DNA of 40,686 bases, from contig CAZGRF010000001.1 of NCBI GenBank assembly GCA_964527825.1, positions 1-40,686 on the forward strand, read 5' to 3'. This document shows, piece by piece, positions 33,263 to 40,686 of the stretch. How positions within the stretch are numbered: the stretch's first letter is position 1; the number at the start of each line of letters is the position of its first letter. This DNA is from an uncultured Pirellulales bacterium. GTDB taxonomy: Bacteria; Planctomycetota; Phycisphaerae; Sedimentisphaerales; Anaerobacaceae. The notes under the pieces were generated by a model. That model was not told where the DNA came from. It was given only the letters and a program-made list of their open reading frames with translations, and did no database searches. Both the position numbers and the translations under genes were made by a program.

Positions 33263-33979
33263 TCAGTTGCCTCCGGTGACCAACTTCAGCTTCTGGCACA
33301 GCAGTGCCGCCAGCGCTGGCTCGGTCGTGACCAGCTCTGCCAAGACCTTAGCCTTGCTTTTCTCTTGCATGAAGTAGAGGATTTTGACGGCATCATCGAT
33401 ATTCGTAGTGCGACTTACGCCGTTTTGTGACTGCCCTTTGGCCATGCTGGTGAGAATCTCACCGGCTCTGGCGGCGTCCATTTTGTCGTACGCGGCGGCG
33501 ATGGCGAGCAGATTGTCTCTCTCGGCTTGATCGACTTCGATCCTAGTCTGGAGCAGCATGTCGCGTTCGCTCTTGAGGTTGGCTACGGTCGAGTCGAGGT
33601 CGACGCGCAGGTTGTTGAGTGTCTCGATGTCCTTCTTGAGAGTCTGCTGAGCGATGCGGAATCGTTCTTTCTCCTTCTCCAGGCCCTCAAGCTTGGTGTT
33701 GTACTCCCGAATCTTCTCACGCACCTCATAGATCAGCTCTTTGAGCTGTTGCTCCGTCAGGGCGAGGGTATTGCTGCTGTTGTCCGCCGACGTCATTGAG
33801 GGGGTCAGAATCTGCGGCAAGGCACCGCCCACGGGCTGAGCCTGTCCGTCAGCGGCGGCTTCGTTCATCGACGGGGAGCCCATCACGGCGGCCGGTTTCG
33901 AGAACCAGCCGGTGGCGAACGCCCCCGCGAAGCTGAGCGTCCCAGTGGCGGCGGTGATAAGAATAAGTCTCTTGCTCAC
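33263..33979 (-). CDS. MotE/YlxF-family (COG3334, MgtE_N-like) flagellar coiled-coil protein
   Basis: GTG start with GGAG 9 nt upstream. It has an N-terminal TM segment and a long coiled coil. The C-terminus is AAAYDKMDAARAGEILTSM...AVKILYFMQEKSKAKVLAEL. Its position after fliJ matches ylxF in fla/che-type operons. Confidence 0.6.
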   Translation of the reverse strand: MSKRLILITAATGTLSFAGAFATGWFSKPAAVMGSPSMNEAAADGQAQPVGGALPQILTPSMTSADNSSNTLALTEQQLKELIYEVREKIREYNTKLEGLEKEKERFRIAQQTLKKDIETLNNLRVDLDSTVANLKSERDMLLQTRIEVDQAERDNLLAIAAAYDKMDAARAGEILTSMAKGQSQNGVSRTTNIDDAVKILYFMQEKSKAKVLAELVTTEPALAALLCQKLKLVTGGN

Positions 33980-34037
33980 GGCTGATGCTCCACATTGCGT
34001 TGCCTGGGATAATCACACATCATTGTTGACTTCTGGG

Positions 34038-34490
34038 TCATGACCTTACACCCTCATCGCGAACGAAAGCGATTGTTGTCCTGTCGTCCGACTCTCGTTG
34101 TTCGCGTCTCTCCTGTTCCTGGATGTACCGCTCTTTGGCCTCGGCACGGAGCTTCTCCAGCCCCTCCTTGAATCGTTTGGCCGCGAGGACCTCCTGTATC
34201 TTCGCCTTTTGCCGGAGCTCCAAATCCGTGATTTCGTCTCGGAGTTTCTGAATGTACCGATCGTTTGTGATCGCATGTCTCAGAAAGAACTCCTGCGCCT
34301 TCAGACGATTCGACGACGGTGCCCGCGTGATGTCGGCCATGATCTCCTGGAGGACCCGCTGCCGCATGAGAAGCTCGGTGCGTTTCTGGGCCACTGCCTC
34401 TGTCAGGCGGAACAACTCCATTCGCTTGAGCTGCTCTTCCTTGGTCTTGATGTCCAATATCTTCTGCAGTCGCCATACGAATCGTTTCAT
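34038..34490 (-). CDS. fliJ: Flagellar export chaperone/stalk protein FliJ
   Basis: 150 aa, all coiled coil. The start is FVWRLQKILDIKTKEEQ. It sits immediately downstream of fliI. Confidence 0.75.
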   Translation of the reverse strand: MKRFVWRLQKILDIKTKEEQLKRMELFRLTEAVAQKRTELLMRQRVLQEIMADITRAPSSNRLKAQEFFLRHAITNDRYIQKLRDEITDLELRQKAKIQEVLAAKRFKEGLEKLRAEAKERYIQEQERREQRESDDRTTIAFVRDEGVRS

Positions 34491-34503
34491 CTAAGTATCG
34501 ATC

Positions 34504-35859
34504 TCATGTCTTGACGCTCAGAAGCTGGTCCCACGAGCGTGTGATGGCCGTCAACTGGCGGATCGTTTCTTCAAAAGGCGTCCTTTGTCGCATGCCCTGT
34601 ATCAGGAACTCGTTGATTCGATCGATCAGGCTGATGGCGCCGTCGATGCGACGGTTGCTGCCGGGTGAAAAGGCGCCGATATTGATCAGATCCTCAGCGT
34701 CGATATAAGTGGCATAGATCTCCCGGAGTTTCTGGGCGGCGACGAGGTGCTCTTTGCTTACCACTGCCGGCATCAGCCGGCTGACACTCTGCAGAATATC
34801 CACCGCGGGATAGTGACCGCGGGCAGCCAGCTTTCTCGACAGGACGATGTGCCCGTCCAGAAGGCTGCGAGCGCTATCGGCGACAGGGTCGGCGAGGTCA
34901 TCGTTCTCAACGAGCACGGTCAGGATGCCAGTGATGCTGCCGGTTTCGGAACAGCCCAGACGCTCGACGAGGCGAGGCATCACAGAGAAGACACTGGGAC
35001 AATAGCCTTTGGTTGCCGGGGGCTCGCCCGCGGCCAGCCCGATCTCTCGCTGGGCCTGCGCGAATCGTGTCAGTGAGTCCATCATGAACAGAACATTGCC
35101 GCTCCTCTCCCTGAAATACTCCGCTACGGTGACAGCCATGAACGCGGCTTTGACGCGCTGAATGGGTGGGCTATCGGAGGTGGCGACGACGACAACGCTG
35201 CGGGCCAAACCTTCCGGTCCCAGATTCTCTTCGAGAAACTCACGCACCTCGCGGCCACGTTCGCCGATGAGGGCGACCACATTGACTACGGCGTCACTGG
35301 AGTTGGCGATATCGCCGAGCAGTATGCTCTTGCCGACGCCGCTGCCTGCGAAAATTCCGATGCGCTGACCCTGACCACATGTCAAAGTGCCGTCGATTGA
35401 TCGAATGCCGAGGGCGAGCGGTTCACAGATCCTCTCTCGACTCAGCGGCGGGGGGCTGCCGATGTCCAGAGGTCTCTTGTTATCCCCGGCCAGCGGACCC
35501 TTCCCGTCGATGGGATCGCCCAGGCCGTTCAGAACGCGACCGAGAACCTTCTCGCTGAGCATGATGTGCCGCGGCGTTGTCCGTGCCGTGACGGGATCGC
35601 CGGGGGAGATACCCTCGATGTGCTCCAAGGGCAACAGGATCACGTGATCGTGTCTGAAGCCGACCACTTCAGCCAGAACACGCCGGCCGTCGCGGATGTG
35701 AATGCCGCACAGCTCACCCAGACCCATAGCTGGACCGGCGGATTCGACCGTGGTGCCGGAGACTCGGACCACGTAGCCCTGACAGTCCACCAGGTCCACG
35801 GTTTGCAGGGCCGAGTAGTACTTCTCAAAATCGATAGTGTAGCTGCCACGATCGGGCAT
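34504..35859 (-). CDS. fliI: Flagellum-specific ATPase FliI
   Basis: Walker A is GIFAGSGVGKSILLG and Walker B is VLFMMDSLTRFAQAQREI. It has an F1/T3SS-ATPase-like N-terminal beta-barrel. Confidence 0.95.
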   Translation of the reverse strand: MPDRGSYTIDFEKYYSALQTVDLVDCQGYVVRVSGTTVESAGPAMGLGELCGIHIRDGRRVLAEVVGFRHDHVILLPLEHIEGISPGDPVTARTTPRHIMLSEKVLGRVLNGLGDPIDGKGPLAGDNKRPLDIGSPPPLSRERICEPLALGIRSIDGTLTCGQGQRIGIFAGSGVGKSILLGDIANSSDAVVNVVALIGERGREVREFLEENLGPEGLARSVVVVATSDSPPIQRVKAAFMAVTVAEYFRERSGNVLFMMDSLTRFAQAQREIGLAAGEPPATKGYCPSVFSVMPRLVERLGCSETGSITGILTVLVENDDLADPVADSARSLLDGHIVLSRKLAARGHYPAVDILQSVSRLMPAVVSKEHLVAAQKLREIYATYIDAEDLINIGAFSPGSNRRIDGAISLIDRINEFLIQGMRQRTPFEETIRQLTAITRSWDQLLSVKT

Positions 35860-35861
35860 GG

Positions 35862-36455
35862 TTATTGCGCCTTCTCAAGTGCTTCAGCGATACGCACAAG
35901 GTGCTCTTCTACGAACGACTTAACAATGCCTTTGGGAGTCTCAACCAGGCAGTCGGCGCGGGCGATGCCCCAGTCGGCGACGAGGTTGAGTTCCGCAAAC
36001 GGGCTGTCTGGATTCTCCTGCTGCAACTGCTGGCACCGAGGCAGATCCTCCGGGTTTACCCGGATGACAATCTCCTGGTGTGCCGGCGCCCGTTTCAGAG
36101 CCTCTTCGATGACGGGCTGGATATCGTAGTCACCTTTACTGACCTTGCACGCTAGTATCTTCCTGGCGATTTCCACTGCCAGCCGCGCAATGTCGCTCCG
36201 GTTGCGGGCCACGGTCTGTTCATAGAGGTCATTGAGCTTGCCGGCGATGCTGTCAACGGTTTGGCACAGTTCGGTCAGTCTCTGCTCCTGTTCTCCGGTC
36301 GTTTGCTGTCCGACGAGTTGCTCTGTCTGTCCAGCGTCGCTCTGTTGGCCGGCCGTCTGGCCGGAGCCATCGGCTGGAATGCCGAGGTCGGCGGCGTCCA
36401 CGACGTGAATTGCAGCAATGGGCTGAGCCAGGTTTAGGGTGACGGTTTCCGGCAT
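35862..36455 (-). CDS. fliH: Flagellar assembly protein FliH
   Basis: It lies between fliG and fliI. It has a central helical region and the FliH-type C-terminal domain (..IVIRVNPEDL...ADWGIARADCLVETPKGIVKSFVEEHL). Confidence 0.75.
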   Translation of the reverse strand: MPETVTLNLAQPIAAIHVVDAADLGIPADGSGQTAGQQSDAGQTEQLVGQQTTGEQEQRLTELCQTVDSIAGKLNDLYEQTVARNRSDIARLAVEIARKILACKVSKGDYDIQPVIEEALKRAPAHQEIVIRVNPEDLPRCQQLQQENPDSPFAELNLVADWGIARADCLVETPKGIVKSFVEEHLVRIAEALEKAQ

Positions 36456-36459
36456 AGCG

Positions 36460-37464
36460 CTATTCTTCCAAGAAGGTCAGTTCACCCTTGTGATTCAGGT
36501 CGCGCAGCGCATCAATGATCTTGTCTCGAGCTTGCCGAATATCTTCTTTCTTCGGCGCCGACATCAAGGAAGCCTCCTCGTCCACCATGGCGGAGGCACG
36601 CTCGGAGATGTTGGACTTGATCCTACGCACGATGTCCTCGGTGGCCTCATGCAGGGCCATGGCCAGTTGACGCTCGTCAATCCCGCGCAACGCTTGTTGC
36701 AGTGAGCGGTCGCCGACTTGGGGGATATCCTCCCACGTCACCATCAGATTGGTCACCTTCTCGCCGGCCTCTCTGTCCTTCTGCAGGATGGCCCCCAACA
36801 CGCTGTCCCGAATCTCCTTCTCCAGATTTCGCACGATGATAGCGATTTTTCGCAGGGATTGGTCCGGCTGCACCTGAACGGCGGTACCGGTCTTCTGGGC
36901 CGCCCCGAAGGTCTCAATGCGTTTGTGCACCATCTGCGCGATTCTTACTCTGGCTTCGGGGGTGACGCCGCTGATGGCCGTCATGCGGCTGATGGCGCTC
37001 ACCCGCACGCCCTCGCCCAGAAGGCCAAGGATTTCCGAGCTCTTCTTGGGAGACAGTTCGGACAAAACCACCGCGACAGCCTGAGGGTGCTCCGTTTCCA
37101 GTACGGCGCTCAGGGTCTGTGGGTCGGCCGAACGAATGGCCATGAAGGGATCGCGCTTCTGGAGGAGGTCCTGGATGCTGCTCTGGATCTGCTTGGCCTT
37201 GTCGTCACCGACCGTGTTTCTGAGCATTTCGTGCAGGAAATTCTTGAATTGAAACGACGTCTCATCTTGCAGTGAGCTGCAAAACTGGCGGGCGACTTCG
37301 GTCGTTTGTTTGGCATTTCGGTGTCCGGCGGCATCAAGATAGCTGAGTTCCACAGCCAATTCCTGGACCATCCGGGCGTCAACGCCTTTGAGCAACTCGG
37401 CGGCTGTGGTCGGATCGAGGCTGGCAAGAAGAATGGCGGCTTTCTGTTTGCCCGTTAGCGTCAC
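36460..37464 (-). CDS. fliG: Flagellar motor switch/rotor protein FliG
   Basis: The N-terminus is TLTGKQKAAILLASLDPTTAAELL, and there is a C-terminal torque-helix region. The preferred start is GTG 37464, with AAGGAG 10 nt upstream and just after the fliF stop. The ORF-track TTG at 37488 would overlap fliF by 17 nt. Confidence 0.9.
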   Translation of the reverse strand: MTLTGKQKAAILLASLDPTTAAELLKGVDARMVQELAVELSYLDAAGHRNAKQTTEVARQFCSSLQDETSFQFKNFLHEMLRNTVGDDKAKQIQSSIQDLLQKRDPFMAIRSADPQTLSAVLETEHPQAVAVVLSELSPKKSSEILGLLGEGVRVSAISRMTAISGVTPEARVRIAQMVHKRIETFGAAQKTGTAVQVQPDQSLRKIAIIVRNLEKEIRDSVLGAILQKDREAGEKVTNLMVTWEDIPQVGDRSLQQALRGIDERQLAMALHEATEDIVRRIKSNISERASAMVDEEASLMSAPKKEDIRQARDKIIDALRDLNHKGELTFLEE

Positions 37465-37471
37465 GTTGGGA

Positions 37472-38965
37472 CTACTCCTTCTCCTCAATCCAATTGAGGA
37501 ACATCTCTCTGACTTGTTCCGGGTTGTTTCGCAAGGCGTGGGCGATCTGTCTTCGTATCATGGCGGGTTCGGCCGGCGTCATGCCCGTAGACAACATGCC
37601 GGCCGCTCGGGTGCTTCCCTGGGGTGACTGCGGTTGACCGGCCTCAGCCGCAGCTTTGCTCCTCGCTCGACTGAAGGTGCGGAAGACGATCAAGGCGCAG
37701 ACGGCCATGAGGCCCAGCGACAGTTGCCGCGCCAAGGCCAGATAACGGGGCCATCGACTGGGTCCTTCCTCTACCAGCAACGGCGTCGGTCGCTGGAACT
37801 TGGCGTTGACGACCTTCAGGGAATCCGTCTCACTCAGACCCAACGCGGTGCGAATGATCTCCTCGACCTCCTCGACCGTCATAATCAGAGCCGGTTCGGA
37901 CCCGGCGGGTGCCTCGTTGGCGTCGGCACTAAGATCGACAAAGGCTGCCACCGAGAGCGACCTGATCTTGCCCGGCAGGACCACCTGTTGTTTGACGGTT
38001 TTGCCGACCTGGTACTCAGTCACCGTGCTTGAGTCCTTCTTGGTCGTGCCGGTGGCTTGCTGATTGGCGCCGCCCGGAACGCTCTCCTGCGTCGATGTTT
38101 CCTCTTCTTTGGTGGGGACCTTGCCTCTGGGGTCGTAGGTCTCTGTCACAGTGCTCACGCTGTTCATATCGACGACGGCGCTAACTCGGACGGTGGCTCG
38201 GCCGGGTCCCAGCACGGCGGTGAGCATATCTTCAGCCTTCTTGGCCAGACCCTGCTCGACACGCTCCTTGTAGTCGTGGACCGTCGCGGCGCCGGTGGCG
38301 ACGCTCGAATCACCTTCACCCGACAGCAGTTGCCCCTGGCTGTCGATGACGGTGACATCTTGTGGCTTCAAGCCTTTGACGCTGCCCGAAACCAAGTGCG
38401 TGATGGCGGCGATGTTGGTGCCACTGAGCCGGTAGCCTGGCTTGAGCCGCAGGACGACGGAGGCTGAGGTTGCTCCTTCGTCGGCGGCAAAGAGCTGTTG
38501 CTCCGGGCTGACGATGTGGACCCTTACGCGGTCCACTCCATCGATCATCTGGATGCTTTTGGCCAGTTCGTCCTGGAGGGCCCGCTTCAAGTTTACATTC
38601 TGGACAAAGGGGCTGACACCGATCTTCTCGTCGTCGAACAGCTTGTAGCCGTCCTGGTCACCGGTGGGCAATCCCTCCTTGGCCAAATCGAGGCGAAGCT
38701 GATAAACCTGCTCTCTCGGCACGTAGACGGTGGTGCCACCGTCGCGCAGCGAGTAGGGAATCCCTTTCTCACTGATTTTTTCTGTGATCTTGGAGGCCTC
38801 GGTCGGGGACAGCTGTTGGTAGAGCATCCTCATGTCGGGCTTGCGGGCCCAGTGCACCAAAAGGAACCCAATAGCAACGGCAGCCGCCACCACGGCGACC
38901 AGCAAAGCCCGCTGGACCAGGCTCACCTTCTGCCAGACCACCAGTATCTTCTGCACGAAATCCAT
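37472..38965 (-). CDS. fliF: Flagellar MS-ring protein FliF
   Basis: The sequence is N-terminal TM, then MRMLYQQLSPTEASKITEKISEKGIPYSL..GGTTVYVP, then a second TM near the C-terminus, then the FliG-binding tail. Confidence 0.9.
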   Translation of the reverse strand: MDFVQKILVVWQKVSLVQRALLVAVVAAAVAIGFLLVHWARKPDMRMLYQQLSPTEASKITEKISEKGIPYSLRDGGTTVYVPREQVYQLRLDLAKEGLPTGDQDGYKLFDDEKIGVSPFVQNVNLKRALQDELAKSIQMIDGVDRVRVHIVSPEQQLFAADEGATSASVVLRLKPGYRLSGTNIAAITHLVSGSVKGLKPQDVTVIDSQGQLLSGEGDSSVATGAATVHDYKERVEQGLAKKAEDMLTAVLGPGRATVRVSAVVDMNSVSTVTETYDPRGKVPTKEEETSTQESVPGGANQQATGTTKKDSSTVTEYQVGKTVKQQVVLPGKIRSLSVAAFVDLSADANEAPAGSEPALIMTVEEVEEIIRTALGLSETDSLKVVNAKFQRPTPLLVEEGPSRWPRYLALARQLSLGLMAVCALIVFRTFSRARSKAAAEAGQPQSPQGSTRAAGMLSTGMTPAEPAMIRRQIAHALRNNPEQVREMFLNWIEEKE

Positions 38966-39042
38966 CAGGCCTCTCTACCCGCATTATCGTACCGCGCGCA
39001 AAGCACTCTTCTGCCAGAATGTGTCGTCATGGAACGTCCCGC

Positions 39043-39357
39043 CTACAAAGGCATGTTCATGGTTTGCTTGTAAGCCTCAATGAGTTTGTTTCTGACACCG
39101 AGCAGCACCTTGAAGCTCGCATCTGCCTTGGCGACGCTCGAAACGACAGCGGTGATGTCGTTGTTCTTGCCCGTTAGCAGATCTTGGATCGACATATCCG
39201 ATTCTTGCTGAAGATCATCGATCCTGGAGACATACTTGCCGACAGCCTTGACTGCGTCCGCGAAATCCGGCTTGGCGGCGTTGGCGCCTTCGCCTTGGTG
39301 TGCGGTGGGCCTGGCATTCGCAAGGATCGAGCTAAGATTGGGGTCCAAGTTGATCAT
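39043..39357 (-). CDS. fliE: Flagellar hook-basal body protein FliE
   Basis: The motif is FADAVKAVGKYVSRIDDLQQESD, and the C-terminus is KADASFKVLLGVRNKLIEAYKQTMNMPL. ATG at 39357 with AAGGA 7 nt upstream is preferred over the TTG at 39372. Confidence 0.85.
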   Translation of the reverse strand: MINLDPNLSSILANARPTAHQGEGANAAKPDFADAVKAVGKYVSRIDDLQQESDMSIQDLLTGKNNDITAVVSSVAKADASFKVLLGVRNKLIEAYKQTMNMPL

Positions 39358-39372
39358 TCTGCGGTCCTTCAA

Positions 39373-39777
39373 TTACCGGAGTAGTTCGAGTGTCGTCTCA
39401 ACCATCTTCTGGTAGCGTTTGAGGATGGCGGCATTGGCTTGGTAGGCCCTGCTGGCCACCGTCAAATTCATCATTTCCACGGGCAACTGGACATTCGGCA
39501 TAGTGATGTAGCCGGAGGCGTCTGCCTTGGGGTTGCCCGGATCGAAGACTCGTTGCAGAGAGCTCATGTCCTTGATGATACTGTCGACGGCTACGCTGCT
39601 GATGCCTTCATTCTCGGCGCGGAGGATCATTTCGAGCCGTCGATAAGGCTGCCCCTGGCCATTGTCCAAGGTCCGGGCATTGGCGATGTTCGAAGAAACG
39701 ATCTCCATCTGGCCGGCTTGCGCCCGCATCCCGGAGACAGCGATATCAACGGGGCCAAACACATTCTCAACGCTCAT
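39373..39777 (-). CDS. flgC: Flagellar basal-body rod protein FlgC
   Basis: Motifs are IAVSGMRAQAGQMEIVSSNIANARTL and, at the C-terminus, VQLPVEMMNLTVASRAYQANAAIL. Confidence 0.9.
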   Translation of the reverse strand: MSVENVFGPVDIAVSGMRAQAGQMEIVSSNIANARTLDNGQGQPYRRLEMILRAENEGISSVAVDSIIKDMSSLQRVFDPGNPKADASGYITMPNVQLPVEMMNLTVASRAYQANAAILKRYQKMVETTLELLR

Positions 39778-39844
39778 GCTCTCGTATCCCTTACTCTGGT
39801 CGTCTTGTCAGTCAGTGGGTCCGGAAAACTCGCCCTCGGACTTG

Positions 39845-40210
39845 CTAACCTCGGATGTTGATGGCCTCTTCAATCTGCGTGAATCTTCGGCGCAGGAGTC
39901 TGACGTAGGCGGTATGACGAAGGGAGTTCTTTACCAACTCGCCTATTTCGGTGTCCAGGTCTACGTCATTGCCATTGGACTTGACGGGCGTATTGCCGGG
40001 CTGAAAGGTCTCTGGCTCGATCTCGTGGAGATCAACCTCGCCGGAGGAGCGGAGGGCCTTGGCCAACAAGTCCTCGAACTTGACGTCCGTACGGCGATAG
40101 CCAGGCGTCTCAATATTCGCGATGTTGCTGGCGATTGCCTGCTGACGAAGCCCCTCGGCTCTTATGCCGACCTGAAGCAGATCGGTGACACTGCCGCTTG
40201 ACTGAGGCAT
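39845..40210 (-). CDS. flgB: Flagellar basal-body rod protein FlgB
   Basis: An internal ATG at 40210 with AAGGAA upstream. Motifs are GLRQQAIASNIANIETPGYRR and, at the C-terminus, EIGELVKNSLRHTAYVRLL. Confidence 0.85.
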   Translation of the reverse strand: MPQSSGSVTDLLQVGIRAEGLRQQAIASNIANIETPGYRRTDVKFEDLLAKALRSSGEVDLHEIEPETFQPGNTPVKSNGNDVDLDTEIGELVKNSLRHTAYVRLLRRRFTQIEEAINIRG

Positions 40211-40260
40211 AGCGTGTTCCTTCTGTGTTTGTACGAACCTTCTCTGACGAGAAGCTGTCC

Positions 40261-40276
40261 AGCAACAATCATGCCA
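40261..40276 (-). promoter_or_regulatory. Sigma-54 (-24/-12) promoter candidate for the flgB operon
   Basis: The minus strand reads TGGCATGATTGTTGCT, i.e. TGGCAT-N5-TTGCT. The -12 element lies ~50 nt upstream of the flgB ATG at 40210. Confidence 0.6.
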
Positions 40277-40590
40277 AATGCGGGATATGGACATGGGCAA
40301 CTTGGCTGAGGCGGGGTACCGGCCACAAGAAGGGCAAACGAACCATCTTGGGGGGTCTTCGGGTCGCTGGAAGCATGTCAGGATTCTATACAGACGGTCG
40401 GGTTATTTGACAGCGGCCGGCGGCCGGCCTACCGACGCGGGTGCAGCCGGAAGGGTCTGCCTTCGGCCGGAACATTCGTCCGGCTGACAACCACTCTACC
40501 CTCGAAGTGTCTCGGGGTCGCGACTGACTCATGGTTATAAATGCTTGTATTGCAGTAGGATACGTTGTTCTCAGTCAGCTATCCGACAAC

Positions 40591-40606
40591 TGGCACGCCG
40601 ATTGCT
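40591..40606 (+). promoter_or_regulatory. Sigma-54 (-24/-12) promoter candidate for the divergent gene at the window edge
   Basis: The plus strand reads TGGCACGCCGATTGCT, a full match to TGGCACG-N4-TTGCW. It lies ~45 nt upstream of the ATG at 40652. Confidence 0.6.
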
Positions 40607-40651
40607 TAAGAAGTGATCTGCACGCGCAGACAGAGTTCGAGGATGCAGAAT

Positions 40652-40686
40652 ATGAGCGATTTGACAGCCGCTGCCGCCAACATGTG
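40652..40686 (+). CDS. 5' end of an unidentified ORF running off the window (MSDLTAAAANM..), probably flagellum-related by context
   Basis: ATG at 40652 with GAGG ~8 nt upstream, and an alternative ATG at 40643. It lies downstream of a sigma-54 promoter match. Only 11 codons are visible, so the product is unknown. Confidence 0.3.
   Translation, partial: MSDLTAAAANM

Noticed and set aside
31092-40201. Plus-strand ORFs opposite the flagellar motor and rod genes (e.g. 31092-31559, 31797-32642, 32933-33430, 35566-36129, 36718-37275, 38498-39073, 39662-40201).
   Set aside because: Same reasoning: they are antisense shadows of confidently identified minus-strand genes.
40415-40429. GGCCGGC-GGCCGGC tandem as a specific enhancer-binding-protein site.
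   Set aside because: It is a short GC-rich repeat that could arise by chance at this GC content. No known EBP consensus can be matched by eye, so it is mentioned only as context in the promoter finding.
1-40686. Search for CRISPR arrays, tRNA/rRNA genes, IS elements, integrases, toxin-antitoxin or defence-system genes, and long direct or inverted repeats flanking the sugar island.
   Set aside because: I found none by reading. All sizeable coding space is accounted for by sugar-metabolism, glycosyltransferase and flagellar genes, and no repeat-spacer periodicity or terminal inverted repeats were seen. A computational repeat and ncRNA scan would be needed to be definitive.

Overview
High-GC bacterial window with no rRNA, tRNA, CRISPR array or transposase/integrase that I can see. 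All calls come from reading motifs in the supplied translations and the DNA. No searches were run, and domain borders are approximate.

The window has three blocks:

1. **Nucleotide-sugar operon (1-15934, + strand).** About 17 tightly packed genes, many with ATGA/ATGxTAG stop-start overlaps. They encode a sugar dehydrogenase tail, two SAM methyltransferases, an HddC-like nucleotidyltransferase, a GMD-family dehydratase and a PDH-type E1 alpha/beta pair. They also encode a split transketolase, a FabG-like SDR, three Fcl-like extended SDRs, an RmlC-like cupin, a B12-type radical SAM, a second radical SAM with an N-terminal twitch/SPASM-like Cys domain, and a COG2605/HddA-like GHMP kinase.

2. 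**One giant ORF (15942-24491, + strand, about 2850 aa).** It fuses several GT2/GT-A glycosyltransferase modules, a CmcI-like methyltransferase module, TPR-like linkers and an internal radical SAM + twitch/SPASM module.

3. **Flagellar genes.** fliD sits on the + strand at 24611-26947, 119 nt after the giant gene. A convergent minus-strand cluster then runs flgB-flgC-fliE-fliF-fliG-fliH-fliI-fliJ-motE/ylxF-like-motA-motB-motB', followed by a 286-nt gap and fliO-fliP-fliQ-fliR-flhB. Three very good sigma-54 (-24/-12) promoter matches sit exactly in the flagellar intergenic regions.

**Best candidate for an undescribed system:** the 24.5-kb glycan-building operon ending in the giant multi-GT/methyltransferase/radical-SAM fusion protein, directly upstream of the filament cap gene. 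I read it as a flagellum-linked (flagellin?) glycosylation island that makes a heavily tailored, possibly heptose-derived, C2-branched and methylated sugar. That link to the flagellum is inference only.

Secondary oddities are two tandem MotB paralogs behind one MotA, SDR paralogs lacking the catalytic Tyr, and a long FliD with an inserted domain. Taxonomy cannot be fixed from here. Giant ORFs, the GC content and the gene order are compatible with Planctomycetota/PVC-like or similar lineages, but that is a guess.
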